NCBI GenBank assembly: GCA_963727775.1
Contig: CAVSHB010000001.1
Span: 1,056,001 to 1,120,000, forward strand
Length of the DNA stretch: 64,000 nucleotides
From: an uncultured Nitrospiraceae bacterium
GTDB taxonomy: Bacteria; Nitrospirota; Thermodesulfovibrionia; Thermodesulfovibrionales; SM23-35
Direction of reading: 5' to 3'
In this document: positions 38,165 to 49,468 of the stretch, piece after piece
Layout: every line of letters begins with the position of its first letter
How positions within the stretch are numbered: position 1 is the stretch's first letter
Translations under genes and position numbers: made by a program
Notes under the pieces: generated by a model
Told to the model about the DNA's origin: nothing
Seen by the model: the letters and a program-made list of their open reading frames with translations, nothing else
Database searches by the model: none

Positions 38165-41005
38165 TTATCCGTAAAACCTGGTCGTGATCTCAATTACTTT
38201 ACGTCTTGTATCTTCAATAGCGTCAAACAGCTCATCTGTTGATTGAAAGTTGAGGAATTGTATAATTATAGCAATAACCTCGGAATTAGTCTTTACTAAA
38301 TCCTCTTCATTAAGCCTTAATAATGTATCGAGAGTTTTCAGAAATTTGTGTGACTGAAACAGTATTCCAGCCGAATCCTTATCGATAATAGTATGTTGTT
38401 CAAGTTTCTTTAAAGCCGTAACCGTATTATGCGCTATAAGGGAGGGAAGGCGGGCGGCGTGTTTCAGTTGAAGATATTGTATGAGGAATTCCATTTCCTT
38501 GATCCCTCCGGGACCGTTTTTAATGTCATACCCTGAGGACTCCAGGGAAATTTCATGTATAATCCTTTTTCTCATATCTTTTATATCGGCGCTCCTTATT
38601 TCTTTTCCTCGTTGAATAATTATTTGCCGTCGCAGTCGCTGGAACGTCCTTGTAAGATTTATGTCTCCGGCGACAGGCCTTGCCCTGAGAAGTGACTGTA
38701 TTTCCCAGGGATGCGCGGACTTAAGATAATAATTCTTATAACCTTCAATATCATTGACAAGTATCCCCTTTGATCCATCAGGCCTCAGCCGCATATCGAC
38801 TTTATATGCATATCCGTTTGCCGTGTATTCAGTCAGAAATTTGATCAACTCTTCAGCGGTATTTATTCTCCCGCCTATGGCTTTATTTGCACGGTTGCGA
38901 CTGTCCTGAATTCTGATGAAAATCAGGTCAAGGTCGGACCCTATGTTCAATTCACCCGCTCCGAATCCGCCGAAGCCTATGACAGCGAACCCTTTATTTA
39001 TATCAAGGTGATGGACCGTGGCCTTAATAATAATTTCTGCGAGCATGCTCAATGCATGACACAATCCGTATACATCCAGGGACCTTTTCAGGTAAAGCAT
39101 GCCTATCTTCAACTCTTCCGTGACTTTAAATTCCCGGATCACACTTAAGGGATCAGCAGTACGCTTAAGCATGGCTGTCAAACCTTCCTGTAAAGATTTG
39201 TAATATAACCTCATGTCCTGTCTGACGTCGGGATATTCGAAGATGCCTTCAAGGTTTTCAAGGCCGAGCAACAGTCTTGTAAAGTATGTACTTGTGGAGA
39301 ATATATTGACAAGCATTTCCCTGGTGTCGTTTCTCTGGAACAGCAGGTCTATGTAAGACTCATGATTGCCGATCTTCCTGATGAACGCCACGAGCACGTC
39401 CAATACGCGGTCTTTATTGATTGACTTTACTGCCTGCTCAAAAAAAACCGGGACTGTTTTCCTGAGCAGTGCCCTTTCCCTTACAGTCTTTTCTACGGAC
39501 ATCTGGTCCATGATAGCGCTGATGTTTTTTAAAGCCATATCGGGTTTTTTGAAACCTTTAAAAGAGAGGTAGTCGAGTATCGCATTGTCCGGAAGTTCAT
39601 CTTTTAAAGTAAGCAAAACATCGTGCGCGGCATCAGTCCCTCCGAGAAGGGAATTATACATATCTCTTACCTTCAATCTTTTCAGTCTGAGTTCATAGGC
39701 AAATTCCTTTTCATTCTCAAATTGCATCTTCTTTGACAGTATGAAAAAATCATCGGGGTTTGTAGGCAGAGAATAGGTCTGTAAGTCATCTTTCATCTGG
39801 AGAATGTGCTCGATTCTTCTTAAAAAGATATAGCTGTCTGAGAGTGTCCCGGCTTCATCCCCGGTCAGTAATCCTTCTTTTGACAACTCGGCGAGAACGG
39901 CAGGGATTGTGTTTTGCCTCAATAATTTATTCTCGCCGCCGTATAAAAGCTGAAAGGTCTGCGCAAAGAATTCTATTTCTCTGATTCCGCCGTATCCGCG
40001 CTTTATGTCATTTGTGTCGAATATGGAGTCGATCTTCTTTTTAAGTTCCCTGATCTCGTCTATATCGTTGTAGTCAAGCGACCTCTTCCATACAAATGGC
40101 TCGATGGAATTTATGAATATCCCGCCGGTTATGTAATCGCCGGCAACAGGCCTTGCGCGGATCAAAGCGATTCTCTCCCAAGTCTTTCCCCATGATTCGT
40201 AATATGAACGATAGGAATCGAGAGAAAGGGAAGACGGGCCTTTCTGACCGTTCGGCCTCAGTCTGAGATCAATTCTGTAAGCAATTCCGTCTTCAGTCGG
40301 TGATTGAAGGAGATTAGTCAGAATTTCGGTAAGCGTGCAAAAATATTCATGAGCTGAAATCTTATTGTGCCGGATACCGAAAGGGTTGAGTGTCCCTGTG
40401 GAAATGCTATCTTCCGACCGGTATACGGTAATGATATCTATATCAGAGCTATAATTTAATTCGCGACCACCCAGCTTTCCCATGCCGATGATTGAAAAAG
40501 CGTTTTCTCTCATAAGTCCGAATTTTCTTCTCATGAGAGTGAATGACATGTCAAGCGCCAATTCCAGCAATACCTCCGACAGGACACTTAATTCCGACAT
40601 GCACTCATTCAGGCTTGCAACGCCTGAGATATCTTTAATTGTTATGATGAGGAGATAGTATTTTTTTATTTCCCGGAGGAGTTTCATTGCGTTCCGCTTA
40701 TATAACTGAGTATTGTTCTCGTTGCGGAATGCGGCATATGTATCGCGAGATTCCGAAAAAATATTCTGTTTATCAATAGCCTTGTGGAGGTCCTTAAATA
40801 CACGAGAAAGGCTTGCCGGATTACTTATACAGTAGTCGGCAAGAAACTGGCTGTAGGCAAATAATCCGGCAATGCCTTCTATTCGGTCCCCGTGCTTCTC
40901 AAAAATATCAGGCGCCTCCTGCAAGAGCCTTTCCATGTTCTTGAGTGCCCTCTTAGGATCAGGGGTTGTGCAGGACGCATTTGTTATTATGTTGTTTATA
41001 TTCAT
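38165..41005 (-). CDS. glnE: Glutamine synthetase adenylyltransferase
   Basis: Two nucleotidyltransferase domains: GKLGGRELNYSSDID/DLRLRP and ELNIGSDLD/DMRLRP. Confidence 0.92.
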   Translation of the reverse strand: MNINNIITNASCTTPDPKRALKNMERLLQEAPDIFEKHGDRIEGIAGLFAYSQFLADYCISNPASLSRVFKDLHKAIDKQNIFSESRDTYAAFRNENNTQLYKRNAMKLLREIKKYYLLIITIKDISGVASLNECMSELSVLSEVLLELALDMSFTLMRRKFGLMRENAFSIIGMGKLGGRELNYSSDIDIITVYRSEDSISTGTLNPFGIRHNKISAHEYFCTLTEILTNLLQSPTEDGIAYRIDLRLRPNGQKGPSSLSLDSYRSYYESWGKTWERIALIRARPVAGDYITGGIFINSIEPFVWKRSLDYNDIDEIRELKKKIDSIFDTNDIKRGYGGIREIEFFAQTFQLLYGGENKLLRQNTIPAVLAELSKEGLLTGDEAGTLSDSYIFLRRIEHILQMKDDLQTYSLPTNPDDFFILSKKMQFENEKEFAYELRLKRLKVRDMYNSLLGGTDAAHDVLLTLKDELPDNAILDYLSFKGFKKPDMALKNISAIMDQMSVEKTVRERALLRKTVPVFFEQAVKSINKDRVLDVLVAFIRKIGNHESYIDLLFQRNDTREMLVNIFSTSTYFTRLLLGLENLEGIFEYPDVRQDMRLYYKSLQEGLTAMLKRTADPLSVIREFKVTEELKIGMLYLKRSLDVYGLCHALSMLAEIIIKATVHHLDINKGFAVIGFGGFGAGELNIGSDLDLIFIRIQDSRNRANKAIGGRINTAEELIKFLTEYTANGYAYKVDMRLRPDGSKGILVNDIEGYKNYYLKSAHPWEIQSLLRARPVAGDINLTRTFQRLRRQIIIQRGKEIRSADIKDMRKRIIHEISLESSGYDIKNGPGGIKEMEFLIQYLQLKHAARLPSLIAHNTVTALKKLEQHTIIDKDSAGILFQSHKFLKTLDTLLRLNEEDLVKTNSEVIAIIIQFLNFQSTDELFDAIEDTRRKVIEITTRFYG

Positions 41006-41017
41006 GGAATATTTTGA

Positions 41018-41452
<435 letters not shown>

Positions 41453-41474
41453 CTGTCTATGCGGATCCTGAATA

Positions 41475-42464
41475 TCACTTTGGGAAAGTGAGATCCATGA
41501 TCCTTTTTTTCAGGATCAAGATTTCAAAGGATATGGCAGCTATGGACGCGAGCATAGATAGAAAACCTACATTGGCATTAAGAACCGACTCATTCCCGTT
41601 GTCGACATAAAGAAGCGCAATTATTTTTTCCCTGATATCAATCGGTAATAAGAGCGCATCCTGCGGAGCGCCGGACAGTAAATCTATAAAAGGTTCATTC
41701 CCTTTAATTTTCATTATGGGGCCCCTGTAGCTTTTCTTTGTTTTGAGTACGTCAAAAAAAAGCGGAGAATCTTTTGCTCCTATCTCAAAATTTTCTATAT
41801 CAAGTCCCCTTGCCTTCCATCCGGCGATCTTTTCACCTTTTACAGTGAACAAAGCCACTCGTTTTGCTATCTTATAGGTCTCGCTGATGAGAATCAGCGC
41901 TATGTCTTCAATCTCCTTGACCTCTGTAAACGAGGTCTTAATCTTGTCTACGGAAGTCTCTTCTACTTTTGTATTGGGGGAAAACCGGTCTTCCAGGCTG
42001 ATATATCGCACATCACGCTTTATCCCGTAATGCTTTTCAAGTATAAACAGCAGCCTCATTTCCGTTATGACATATGGAATAATCTCATATCCGGTTCTGA
42101 AACGAAGCTCGTCAATCTCTTTTAAGTCCCTCGGATTCAGCATGGCGGTATGCAGCCTGTTACGGTCTTTCTTGAAAGGTATGATCTTGTATTTTTCTAT
42201 GAGTTCCTTGCCCAGTGAGCTCAGGACTTCTTCCGGGATGGAATTTAGAGCATCAGGTAATACATAAGGCAATTTAAAGTATCTGCTCAGGAACTTCGAT
42301 AACTCTTCCTCTTCAAGAAAATGCAGCTCCACCAGATTGGTCCCGATCCTGCCGCCGAATTGCACCTGCCGCATCAGCGCCTGATCGATCTGCTGCTTTG
42401 TTACCAATGCTTCCCTGATTAGCGCCTCTCCGAGCTTCATCCTTTCTATTATACCTTTTTCCAA
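41475..42464 (-). CDS. MshEN (c-di-GMP-binding) domain protein with GAF-like C-terminus, no ATPase
   Basis: KLGEALIREALVT..Q...AL.RQ...GRIG..LV tandem motif. Confidence 0.75.
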   Translation of the reverse strand: MEKGIIERMKLGEALIREALVTKQQIDQALMRQVQFGGRIGTNLVELHFLEEEELSKFLSRYFKLPYVLPDALNSIPEEVLSSLGKELIEKYKIIPFKKDRNRLHTAMLNPRDLKEIDELRFRTGYEIIPYVITEMRLLFILEKHYGIKRDVRYISLEDRFSPNTKVEETSVDKIKTSFTEVKEIEDIALILISETYKIAKRVALFTVKGEKIAGWKARGLDIENFEIGAKDSPLFFDVLKTKKSYRGPIMKIKGNEPFIDLLSGAPQDALLLPIDIREKIIALLYVDNGNESVLNANVGFLSMLASIAAISFEILILKKRIMDLTFPK

Positions 42465-42561
42465 TTTTATCGGAAAGCATATCAGCTCCTGGTATAATTT
42501 TTAAGGGGGTTGACCTTTTTTTGAAATTGACATAGGGTTATATTATCCATAAAAATAAACC

Positions 42562-44226
42562 ATGGAAGAAGAACTGAAAACAGAGGCAAGTGAGAAGGAC
42601 CTGGAACTTGCCACGGATATCATAAAAACAATTACCAAAGCCGTAAAGACATTCAATGTGTATCCAAAGGACAACCCCATATATCAGAAGTTCGCTGCCG
42701 AGCTTTTCGAAAAATTCAATACTTTCTTTGAAACCAATGATGATTTTTCCATTGATATCGGTCCGTATTCCCTGCTTTATAAAGGCGATGAAGTTTTTTA
42801 CAGCGAAGAAAGGACCGACAATATAGCCCTGCTGCTTTTTGCGGACGGGATCAGACATCTCAATTTTTTCAAGGGCTTAACGTTCGATGAGATTATAGAT
42901 TTTATTGATATCCTGAGGCTTGCGCCGAAATCCGATGCTGATGACGACGATATTGTAACTCTCCTCTGGGAGAAGAATATAAAGAATATGGGTTACTCCG
43001 CAGTAGAAGACACAGTGGATGATTCACTTGCAATCGAGAAAAAGCTTTTCCAGGAGGACGTTATCGAGATCGACGCCGAAGGCGCATCCATAGGCGATAT
43101 CGGTCACACCGGGCTGTTGAAGCGGGACTCCGGCGGAGTTGAAACAGAGCCGTTAACTGAGGAAGAGCTGCTCTTGATAAAATCCGAATTCTCAGAACTC
43201 GAAGAGAATCCTTTGCTTTCCTCTGCCGTCGGACTTTATTTTGAGTTATTGTCTAATGTAACAGAAGCGGAGGTCTTCCCCGAGATGATGCAGAACCTCT
43301 GGAAGATAATCGACATCAGGATGAAGGGGAAAGACATAAAAGGCGCAATCGAGATATTAAATGAGATCAAAACAATTTCGGCGCTTTATCAGTATCCCGG
43401 GCAAAAAGATATAATCAACAGCGTTTTCCAGAAGGTGGGCAATCTTGAAAACCTGAGAATACTCTTCAAGGAAATTTCCGAGGAAGGGGATATAAAGGCA
43501 TATCTGTTTCTTGTCGGAGATAATTCCGTGCCGGACATGATAGAGATGCTGGGCGAGCTTCAGGAAAGGAAACAAAGGAGGTTTCTCTGCGAGGTCCTCG
43601 CTGAGATCGGCAGAAGGGATATTAATGTTTTCTCGGAATCGATTACGGACGAGCGCTGGTTTCTCGCAAGAAACATAGCGATGATTCTCGGCATGATAAA
43701 AGAACCTGCTGCCGTACAATATCTTGAGAAGTTATTGACTCATCCCAATTCTAAAGTAAGAAGAGAGGCCGTGCGGGCGCTGGATGCCATACACTCAGAT
43801 GATACGAAGAAGCTTTTTCTTGCGGCGCTTACGGACGACGACCTTGCCGTAAGGATGACCGGCCTCAGGGCGTTGAGAAGGTTCCAAGACCCTTCACTAT
43901 TCAATATATTGAAAGAGAGTGCATCGCGGGAGGAGTTGAAGAAAAGATCATTCGAGGAAAAAAAGGAAATACTCGAGACGCTTGCCGTGCTCGGAGGAGA
44001 GAGGGCTTTCCCGCTGCTTACGGACCTGTTCAAAAAGAAGGGCTTGATAGAAAAAGAAGAGATTACCGAGATCAGGGCATCTGCCGCATATGGGCTAGGC
44101 ATTATAAAAACACCTGAGGCCATATCCCTCATCGAAAAGGAGACAGGATCGAGAAAGGATATCCTCAGAGAGGCGTGCATTAAGGCATTAAAGGAGTCGC
44201 AACGGGTTGGAAACATTAGAAAGTAA
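42562..44226 (+). CDS. HEAT-repeat protein
   Basis: WFLARNIAMILG, VRREAVRAL, RASAAYGLG repeats. Confidence 0.8.
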   Translation: MEEELKTEASEKDLELATDIIKTITKAVKTFNVYPKDNPIYQKFAAELFEKFNTFFETNDDFSIDIGPYSLLYKGDEVFYSEERTDNIALLLFADGIRHLNFFKGLTFDEIIDFIDILRLAPKSDADDDDIVTLLWEKNIKNMGYSAVEDTVDDSLAIEKKLFQEDVIEIDAEGASIGDIGHTGLLKRDSGGVETEPLTEEELLLIKSEFSELEENPLLSSAVGLYFELLSNVTEAEVFPEMMQNLWKIIDIRMKGKDIKGAIEILNEIKTISALYQYPGQKDIINSVFQKVGNLENLRILFKEISEEGDIKAYLFLVGDNSVPDMIEMLGELQERKQRRFLCEVLAEIGRRDINVFSESITDERWFLARNIAMILGMIKEPAAVQYLEKLLTHPNSKVRREAVRALDAIHSDDTKKLFLAALTDDDLAVRMTGLRALRRFQDPSLFNILKESASREELKKRSFEEKKEILETLAVLGGERAFPLLTDLFKKKGLIEKEEITEIRASAAYGLGIIKTPEAISLIEKETGSRKDILREACIKALKESQRVGNIRK

Positions 44227-45379
44227 GGTCGCAAAGTGCGGCAAGTCCCTTATAACGGGCCTACACATACTTATCAAGACTACCGGAATTTATGATTCCA
44301 TGAACGAGACAATCCTCAATATGGCGCAGAAGCTTCTGATTGATATTGAGCTTTTATTAGAAGAATCGGGGGAGTTTGCGATCAAGATGATCGAAGGGTC
44401 ATTTTATATCGAAGGCAGTAGGATAAAGGCAGGCGTCTCCGACATCGAGATTTTCAATTCCCTCGCGGAAGAATTAAAAAGGAGATCGATAGGATCGCTT
44501 GACTTCAAAGCCCCTATAAAAGCAGATGATTTGATACACCTTGCTTACGCAATAAAAGAGGGTAATGAGGCTTCCGAGATCCAAGCAACGATCGAGAAGA
44601 AGGTTGCGGAAGGTATTACCATCGGAGGTCCTGTTATTTTGCACAAAGGGGAAGGAATCGATCTGAAAGACAATTACGCGATGGCGAAACGGGCATATTT
44701 GAAGTCGGTCGTAGTGATAAAAGAAATGTATAATTCCGTCAAAGACGGGACACGGGTAAAGTTGAAAAAAATAAAAAGGACACTCCAGTTAATAGTTGAC
44801 TGTGTTTCAGCGGACCAGGGTGAAAGAAATCTAATAAGTTTTATTCATGCAGGAGGTCCTGAAGAGTACACATATTACCATTCGGTAAATGTCTGTGTCC
44901 TCTCGGTTGCGCTCGGGAACAAAATCGGCCTTAGCAGGGTCCACCTGAGGAACCTGGCCATGGCGGGACTTTTTCATGATATCGGGAAGATAATGGTTCC
45001 GTCCGGTATTTTAAATAAGAAGAGCGGTTTTACTTCTAAAGAGCAGGAGCTTTTAAAAAGACATCCTGTAGACGGTATAAAGGTGCTTCTAAAATCTTTC
45101 GGGCTCAGTGAAACCTTAATCTTGTCAATGCTCGTATCCTTTGAACACCATATGGAGCTTGATCTTTCAGGCTATCCGGCGGTTTCCGGTAAAAGAAAGC
45201 TAAACCTCTTCAGCCGGATTGTGAGTATAGCCGACAGATACGACAGCCTTATATCAGGGCGCGTTCACGGGCGTGAAAAACTCGGCACAGGAGATGCGCT
45301 GAGATTAATGCGCAAGGACAGCGGCACCCTCTACGACCCGTTACTCGTAAAAGCCTTTACTGAGATTTTTAGGAGATAG
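44207..45379 (+). CDS. HD-GYP domain phosphodiesterase
   Basis: HSVNV, HDIGK, EHH..DLSGYP, IADRYD. Confidence 0.88.
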   Translation: METLESKVAKCGKSLITGLHILIKTTGIYDSMNETILNMAQKLLIDIELLLEESGEFAIKMIEGSFYIEGSRIKAGVSDIEIFNSLAEELKRRSIGSLDFKAPIKADDLIHLAYAIKEGNEASEIQATIEKKVAEGITIGGPVILHKGEGIDLKDNYAMAKRAYLKSVVVIKEMYNSVKDGTRVKLKKIKRTLQLIVDCVSADQGERNLISFIHAGGPEEYTYYHSVNVCVLSVALGNKIGLSRVHLRNLAMAGLFHDIGKIMVPSGILNKKSGFTSKEQELLKRHPVDGIKVLLKSFGLSETLILSMLVSFEHHMELDLSGYPAVSGKRKLNLFSRIVSIADRYDSLISGRVHGREKLGTGDALRLMRKDSGTLYDPLLVKAFTEIFRR

Positions 45380-45435
45380 GAGGCAATGCCCCATGTTCTT
45401 GTTTTCGGTTCTTCTGACTTTGTGTGGAAGTTATT

Positions 45436-45590
45436 CCCCCTCTTAAGTTAAGAGGGGGGAGGGGGAGTTATGAAGTTGTTGAGAAGAGATACACAATTAA
45501 AGCAACGGCAATGAGAATTAAGGCGAAATCAGACTGAAAATCGTTTTTAAAAGTAACCCCTCCTAACCTCCCCTTTGCCAAAGGGGAGGG
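45436..45590. repeat. Inverted pair of REP-like hairpins around a DUF559-like gene stub
   Basis: CCCCCTCTTAA-G-TTAAGAGGGGG (45436-45458) and CCTCCCCTTTG-C-CAAAGGGGAGG (45567-45589). Confidence 0.7.
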
Positions 45591-45615
45591 ATAAAGATGC
45601 AAAGCAGGAAAGAAC

Positions 45616-46428
45616 TTATTTCCCGCGGGCGGACAGATTATGCACCATCTCGGCGCCTATCAGAAAGATGCACGAGGAATAAAACATCCAGAGCAGAAAT
45701 ACTACAAAAGCAGTCAGCGGGCCATAGATGGTACCGAATTTTATAACGCTGCCGACGTACCAAGTGAAGACATGCTTCGCAATCTCAAGGAAAATTGTAG
45801 CGAACAGGGAACCCGCGAAGGCATTCCTGATCTTTACATTTGTCTTTGGAAAAAAGACGTACATTACCGTAATGGTGAAAAAGACCATTAAGAAAGGGAC
45901 TACATAACCTATAAGAAAACCGGTAAGCACTCCTATTCTTAATTCCGGGAAGACGGGCCTCAATGTTTTGAGCAGCGGGATCAGCGATGTCGTTACAAAG
46001 GAAACAAGGATCATTAATATGACGAGGGTAACGATAGTTAATGACAGGATGACCGACCATAAAAATGACCGGTTCTTTTTGACCTCGAATATTTTATTCA
46101 GCGCGTTTTCAACGGACGCGAAGACCTGCAGTGAAAGTATCCCATAGAGTATAAAGCTGAATGTACCGATACCCTTAAATGTGACAAGCTTCCCAAGCTC
46201 GGTCGTTATCCCTTTGGTTATGGTCGGGAAAAAATTTATAAGCCTCGTGGACAAGAATTCATAAAAGCCGTAGTATCGCCCGAGAAGGTGGCCGAATACG
46301 GTAATCAGGAAAAGACAGAGGGGCACAAGCGCCATCATGGAAAAATAAGAGATCGATCCCGCGAGCATTATCCCGCCGTCTTTAAAGAAATCTACAAAAC
46401 TCCTTATTATGATCTTCAGGTATTTCAA
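45616..46428 (-). CDS. YihY/BrkB family membrane protein
   Basis: AGSISYF..ALVP, ALNKIF, IYGPL...LLW.FY...LIGAE. Confidence 0.9.
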   Translation of the reverse strand: MKYLKIIIRSFVDFFKDGGIMLAGSISYFSMMALVPLCLFLITVFGHLLGRYYGFYEFLSTRLINFFPTITKGITTELGKLVTFKGIGTFSFILYGILSLQVFASVENALNKIFEVKKNRSFLWSVILSLTIVTLVILMILVSFVTTSLIPLLKTLRPVFPELRIGVLTGFLIGYVVPFLMVFFTITVMYVFFPKTNVKIRNAFAGSLFATIFLEIAKHVFTWYVGSVIKFGTIYGPLTAFVVFLLWMFYSSCIFLIGAEMVHNLSARGK

Positions 46429-46440
46429 CGGCTTCGATAT

Positions 46441-47745
46441 TTATCTCGCTTTTATATAGATACGAATGGGTGTGCCCTTGAATGAAAATTTACTTCTGAG
46501 CACTTTTTCTATATTACGAATGAACCCTTCTTTTAATGCCGACGGATAATTACAGAAAACCGCAAAGGAAGGGGGCTCCGTCTTTACCTGTGTTATATAG
46601 TAGATCTTCACTGCCCTTCCCCGGTACGAAGGCAGGGACATGTTTGAAAACATATCTCTGAAATATCTGTTGAGTTCCGCGGTAGCGACCCTTTTTTTCC
46701 TTTCCAGGATTATCTCGTCGATTATCGGGAAAACCTTTGTAACGCGTTTTTTCTCCAGAGCGGATATGGTCAGAAACGGGGCATACTGCATAAACCACAT
46801 GTTTCTGCCAAGTTCTTTTTCGAACGATTTATATCTCTCTTCAGGCTTATCTATGAGGTCCCATTTGTTAAGAATAAAAAGCGACCCCTTGCCGTATTCT
46901 CCAACGATCCCCGCTATTTTCTGGTCCTGGTCCGTTACGCCCTGAGTCGCGTCTATTACAATTAACGCCACATCGCATCTTTCTATGCTCCTAATGGCCC
47001 TGACTGTCGAGAACCTCTCAACCGAGTATCCCGTCATATCTTTTCTCCCGATCCCGGCGGTATCTATCAACGCATATTTCCTGCCGTAATAGGTACAGAT
47101 GCTATCTATAGAGTCCCTGGTAGTACCCGGCGCAGGGCTGACAATCATTCTTTGCCTGCTGAGAAAAGTATTGACCAGGGTAGATTTTCCGACATTGGGC
47201 TTTCCTACAACAGCTATCTTCGGATAGTCAATCTTCTCCTCGGTATACAGCGGCAACAGGCCGGCCAGCTTGTCCATAAATTCTTCATATCCATATCCTG
47301 TAGCAGCGGAAACGGGCCACAATTCTTCAGAGCCTATCGGATAAAAATCAAAAAGCCTTTCCTCGCGCGTAGGCCCGTCGATCTTATTGACCGCCCACAG
47401 AATTTTTTTGCCGGAAACCCGCAGCGATCTCGCGAGGTCCATATCAGAAGGGGTGAGGCCTTCTTTGCCGTCAAGCAGCTGTATTATGACATCCCCTTCC
47501 TCAACGGCAAATAATGCCTGTTCCTTAATCTGGGAAAATATGTCATCGGCCGGCTCCGGATAAAAACCACCCGTGTCGACGACAACGAATTTTTTATCTT
47601 CCCATTCTGTGTCAAGGTAATTCCTGTCCCTTGTAACGCCGGGGATGTCTTCAACAATAGCGGTATGTGACCCTGTCATTCTGTTGAACAGAGTTGATTT
47701 GCCTACATTAGGCCTTCCGACTATAACAACAAAAGGTTTTGCCAT
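46441..47745 (-). CDS. der: Ribosome biogenesis GTPase Der/EngA
   Basis: Two G domains (GRPNVGKS, GKPNVGKS) plus KH-like tail. Confidence 0.97.
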   Translation of the reverse strand: MAKPFVVIVGRPNVGKSTLFNRMTGSHTAIVEDIPGVTRDRNYLDTEWEDKKFVVVDTGGFYPEPADDIFSQIKEQALFAVEEGDVIIQLLDGKEGLTPSDMDLARSLRVSGKKILWAVNKIDGPTREERLFDFYPIGSEELWPVSAATGYGYEEFMDKLAGLLPLYTEEKIDYPKIAVVGKPNVGKSTLVNTFLSRQRMIVSPAPGTTRDSIDSICTYYGRKYALIDTAGIGRKDMTGYSVERFSTVRAIRSIERCDVALIVIDATQGVTDQDQKIAGIVGEYGKGSLFILNKWDLIDKPEERYKSFEKELGRNMWFMQYAPFLTISALEKKRVTKVFPIIDEIILERKKRVATAELNRYFRDMFSNMSLPSYRGRAVKIYYITQVKTEPPSFAVFCNYPSALKEGFIRNIEKVLRSKFSFKGTPIRIYIKAR

Positions 47746-47790
47746 AGATGTAATTTTACACTAAAGAGATCATATAAAACGTATATGACT

Positions 47791-48279
47791 TTAAAAATGT
47801 GAATTTGAAACCGATGCGAACTCATCCAACATCTTCAGCCACAGGTCGGCTATCCCCTGCAAGGAATCATCAAATTCACGGTATCCCGGATTCTGTTCCA
47901 TTTTGTCGAGCAGGGAATCGCAGAAATACCAATTGCATCCGGACGGTCTGAGAGAACGTTCCATGGAACATCCGCTGTCGGAAAGAAAACGGCATGGGTC
48001 GGCATCATTATTTCCCGATGCCGGTGGAAGCGGCTTCAAGTCGAGCGCATGTAGATATATAAGATCTTCAAAATTATAGTAACCATGCCTGCTTATGCAG
48101 CACACCTCCTTGCAATAAGGACAAACTGCGCTGGTGGTCTGCTGGATAAACGGACTGATCTTTTCGATACGGTCCTTTATTTCTCTCGCAAGCATCTTAA
48201 GACCCTGAAGTTTATGCTCCTGCTTGTGGAAAAGCCTTGCTATATAAAGCGGCGCCTGATTATGCGCGGAGCGGTTCAC
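47791..48279 (-). CDS. Cys-rich hypothetical protein (YkgJ-like Cys cluster)
   Basis: CPYC...CC, CRFL...GC....RP..C..YFC. Confidence 0.6.
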   Translation of the reverse strand: MNRSAHNQAPLYIARLFHKQEHKLQGLKMLAREIKDRIEKISPFIQQTTSAVCPYCKEVCCISRHGYYNFEDLIYLHALDLKPLPPASGNNDADPCRFLSDSGCSMERSLRPSGCNWYFCDSLLDKMEQNPGYREFDDSLQGIADLWLKMLDEFASVSNSHF

Positions 48280-48545
48280 GTTTAAGACCTTTTGATGGAA
48301 TGGTTGTTATTGATATTCATAGGATGTATTATATTCCCCGGTTTATATAAATAATAGAAATTATTCGTCGACCAATTCCGATAAGACTGCCGAATAGGTT
48401 TCACCCCTCGAGAATCCTTGTCCCCTTGTATGGATACTTCCGTATATGCAAATTTATCGCGTAAGGCAGTAGCTATTTTATAATATGCTTGCTATAATAA
48501 TTTTTAATAGTTACCTAATTATTATATAAAAATGAGGTGCTTATT

Positions 48546-48788
48546 ATGCGTGCAACTTTAAACATATCAGAAGAGCTTATCAAGAAGGTGCAAAAGCTGT
48601 CTGGAGAAAAATCAAAGACCAAGGCAATCACTGTTGCAATGGAAGAATATGTAAGACAGAAAAAGACAAGAGACCTACTGGCGCTAAAAGGTAAAATTGC
48701 TCTGGCATTCGATTGGGAAGCCGAAGAAGAGAAAGAATTAAAATGCCAGAAGAAAAGAGAGAATTTCCTTGAAAAAAGAAGAACTTAA
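48546..48788 (+). CDS. vapB: VapB-type antitoxin (DUF2191-like)
   Basis: MRATLNISEELI...KSKTKAI..AMEEYVR; overlaps the PIN gene. Confidence 0.8.
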   Translation: MRATLNISEELIKKVQKLSGEKSKTKAITVAMEEYVRQKKTRDLLALKGKIALAFDWEAEEEKELKCQKKRENFLEKRRT

Positions 48789-49167
48789 AATTTTGATTGA
48801 TACGAGCGCATGGGTTGAGTTCTTTAGAGGAACCTCCAAAATCGCAGATACGGTTGCAAAGCTTATTGAAACAGGGAGGGCGTCAATTTGCGGAGTCATT
48901 ACCTATGAACTTATGCAGGGAGCTAAATCTCAGGAGGAGTCTGCACATCTTTCGGAAGTATTGTCGGCGCTCCATTATATAGAAATGACTTCCAAGTTAT
49001 GGATAAAGGCTGGAAACATATCAGCCGGACTCCGGGCAAAAGGAATAACTTTAACCATGTCTGATCTTATAATAGGCGCAATAGCATCAGAACTCAGGCT
49101 GGAAGTCCTCACCTTGGATACGCACTTTACAAGCATCCCTGGAATCAAATTGTATCACTACAAATGA
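48769..49167 (+). CDS. vapC: VapC PIN-domain toxin
   Basis: LIDTSAW, EL.QG, DLIIGA, TLDTHF. Confidence 0.92.
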   Translation: MKKEELKILIDTSAWVEFFRGTSKIADTVAKLIETGRASICGVITYELMQGAKSQEESAHLSEVLSALHYIEMTSKLWIKAGNISAGLRAKGITLTMSDLIIGAIASELRLEVLTLDTHFTSIPGIKLYHYK

Positions 49168-49468
49168 AAGTATATTTTATTTGTAGGTCCTTCCGGTTAT
49201 TTCTGATTCGAAGATTGCGGTTACAAAAATATGAACTGAAAAAAACCCTTCCTGAAACTCGCACTTTGCAAAAAATCAAAAATGGTGTAAATTATTATCG
49301 GAATTCAATTACGGAGAAAGTCAAAGTATCGCTGACTAATATTACAAATTCTATATTATTTGCTTGACTAACATGAGATTTCGGATATTAGTCGTATTAC
49401 CTGAATGGATAACATTACAAAAAGAGTATTAGCAGGAAACTATCTAATAACTGGTTAAGCTTAAAAAT

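Noticed and set aside
49364..49460. Additional attC after the vapBC region (GACTAAC...ATTAGTC)
   Set aside because: Short inverted repeat without L''/L' boxes or a GTT core.
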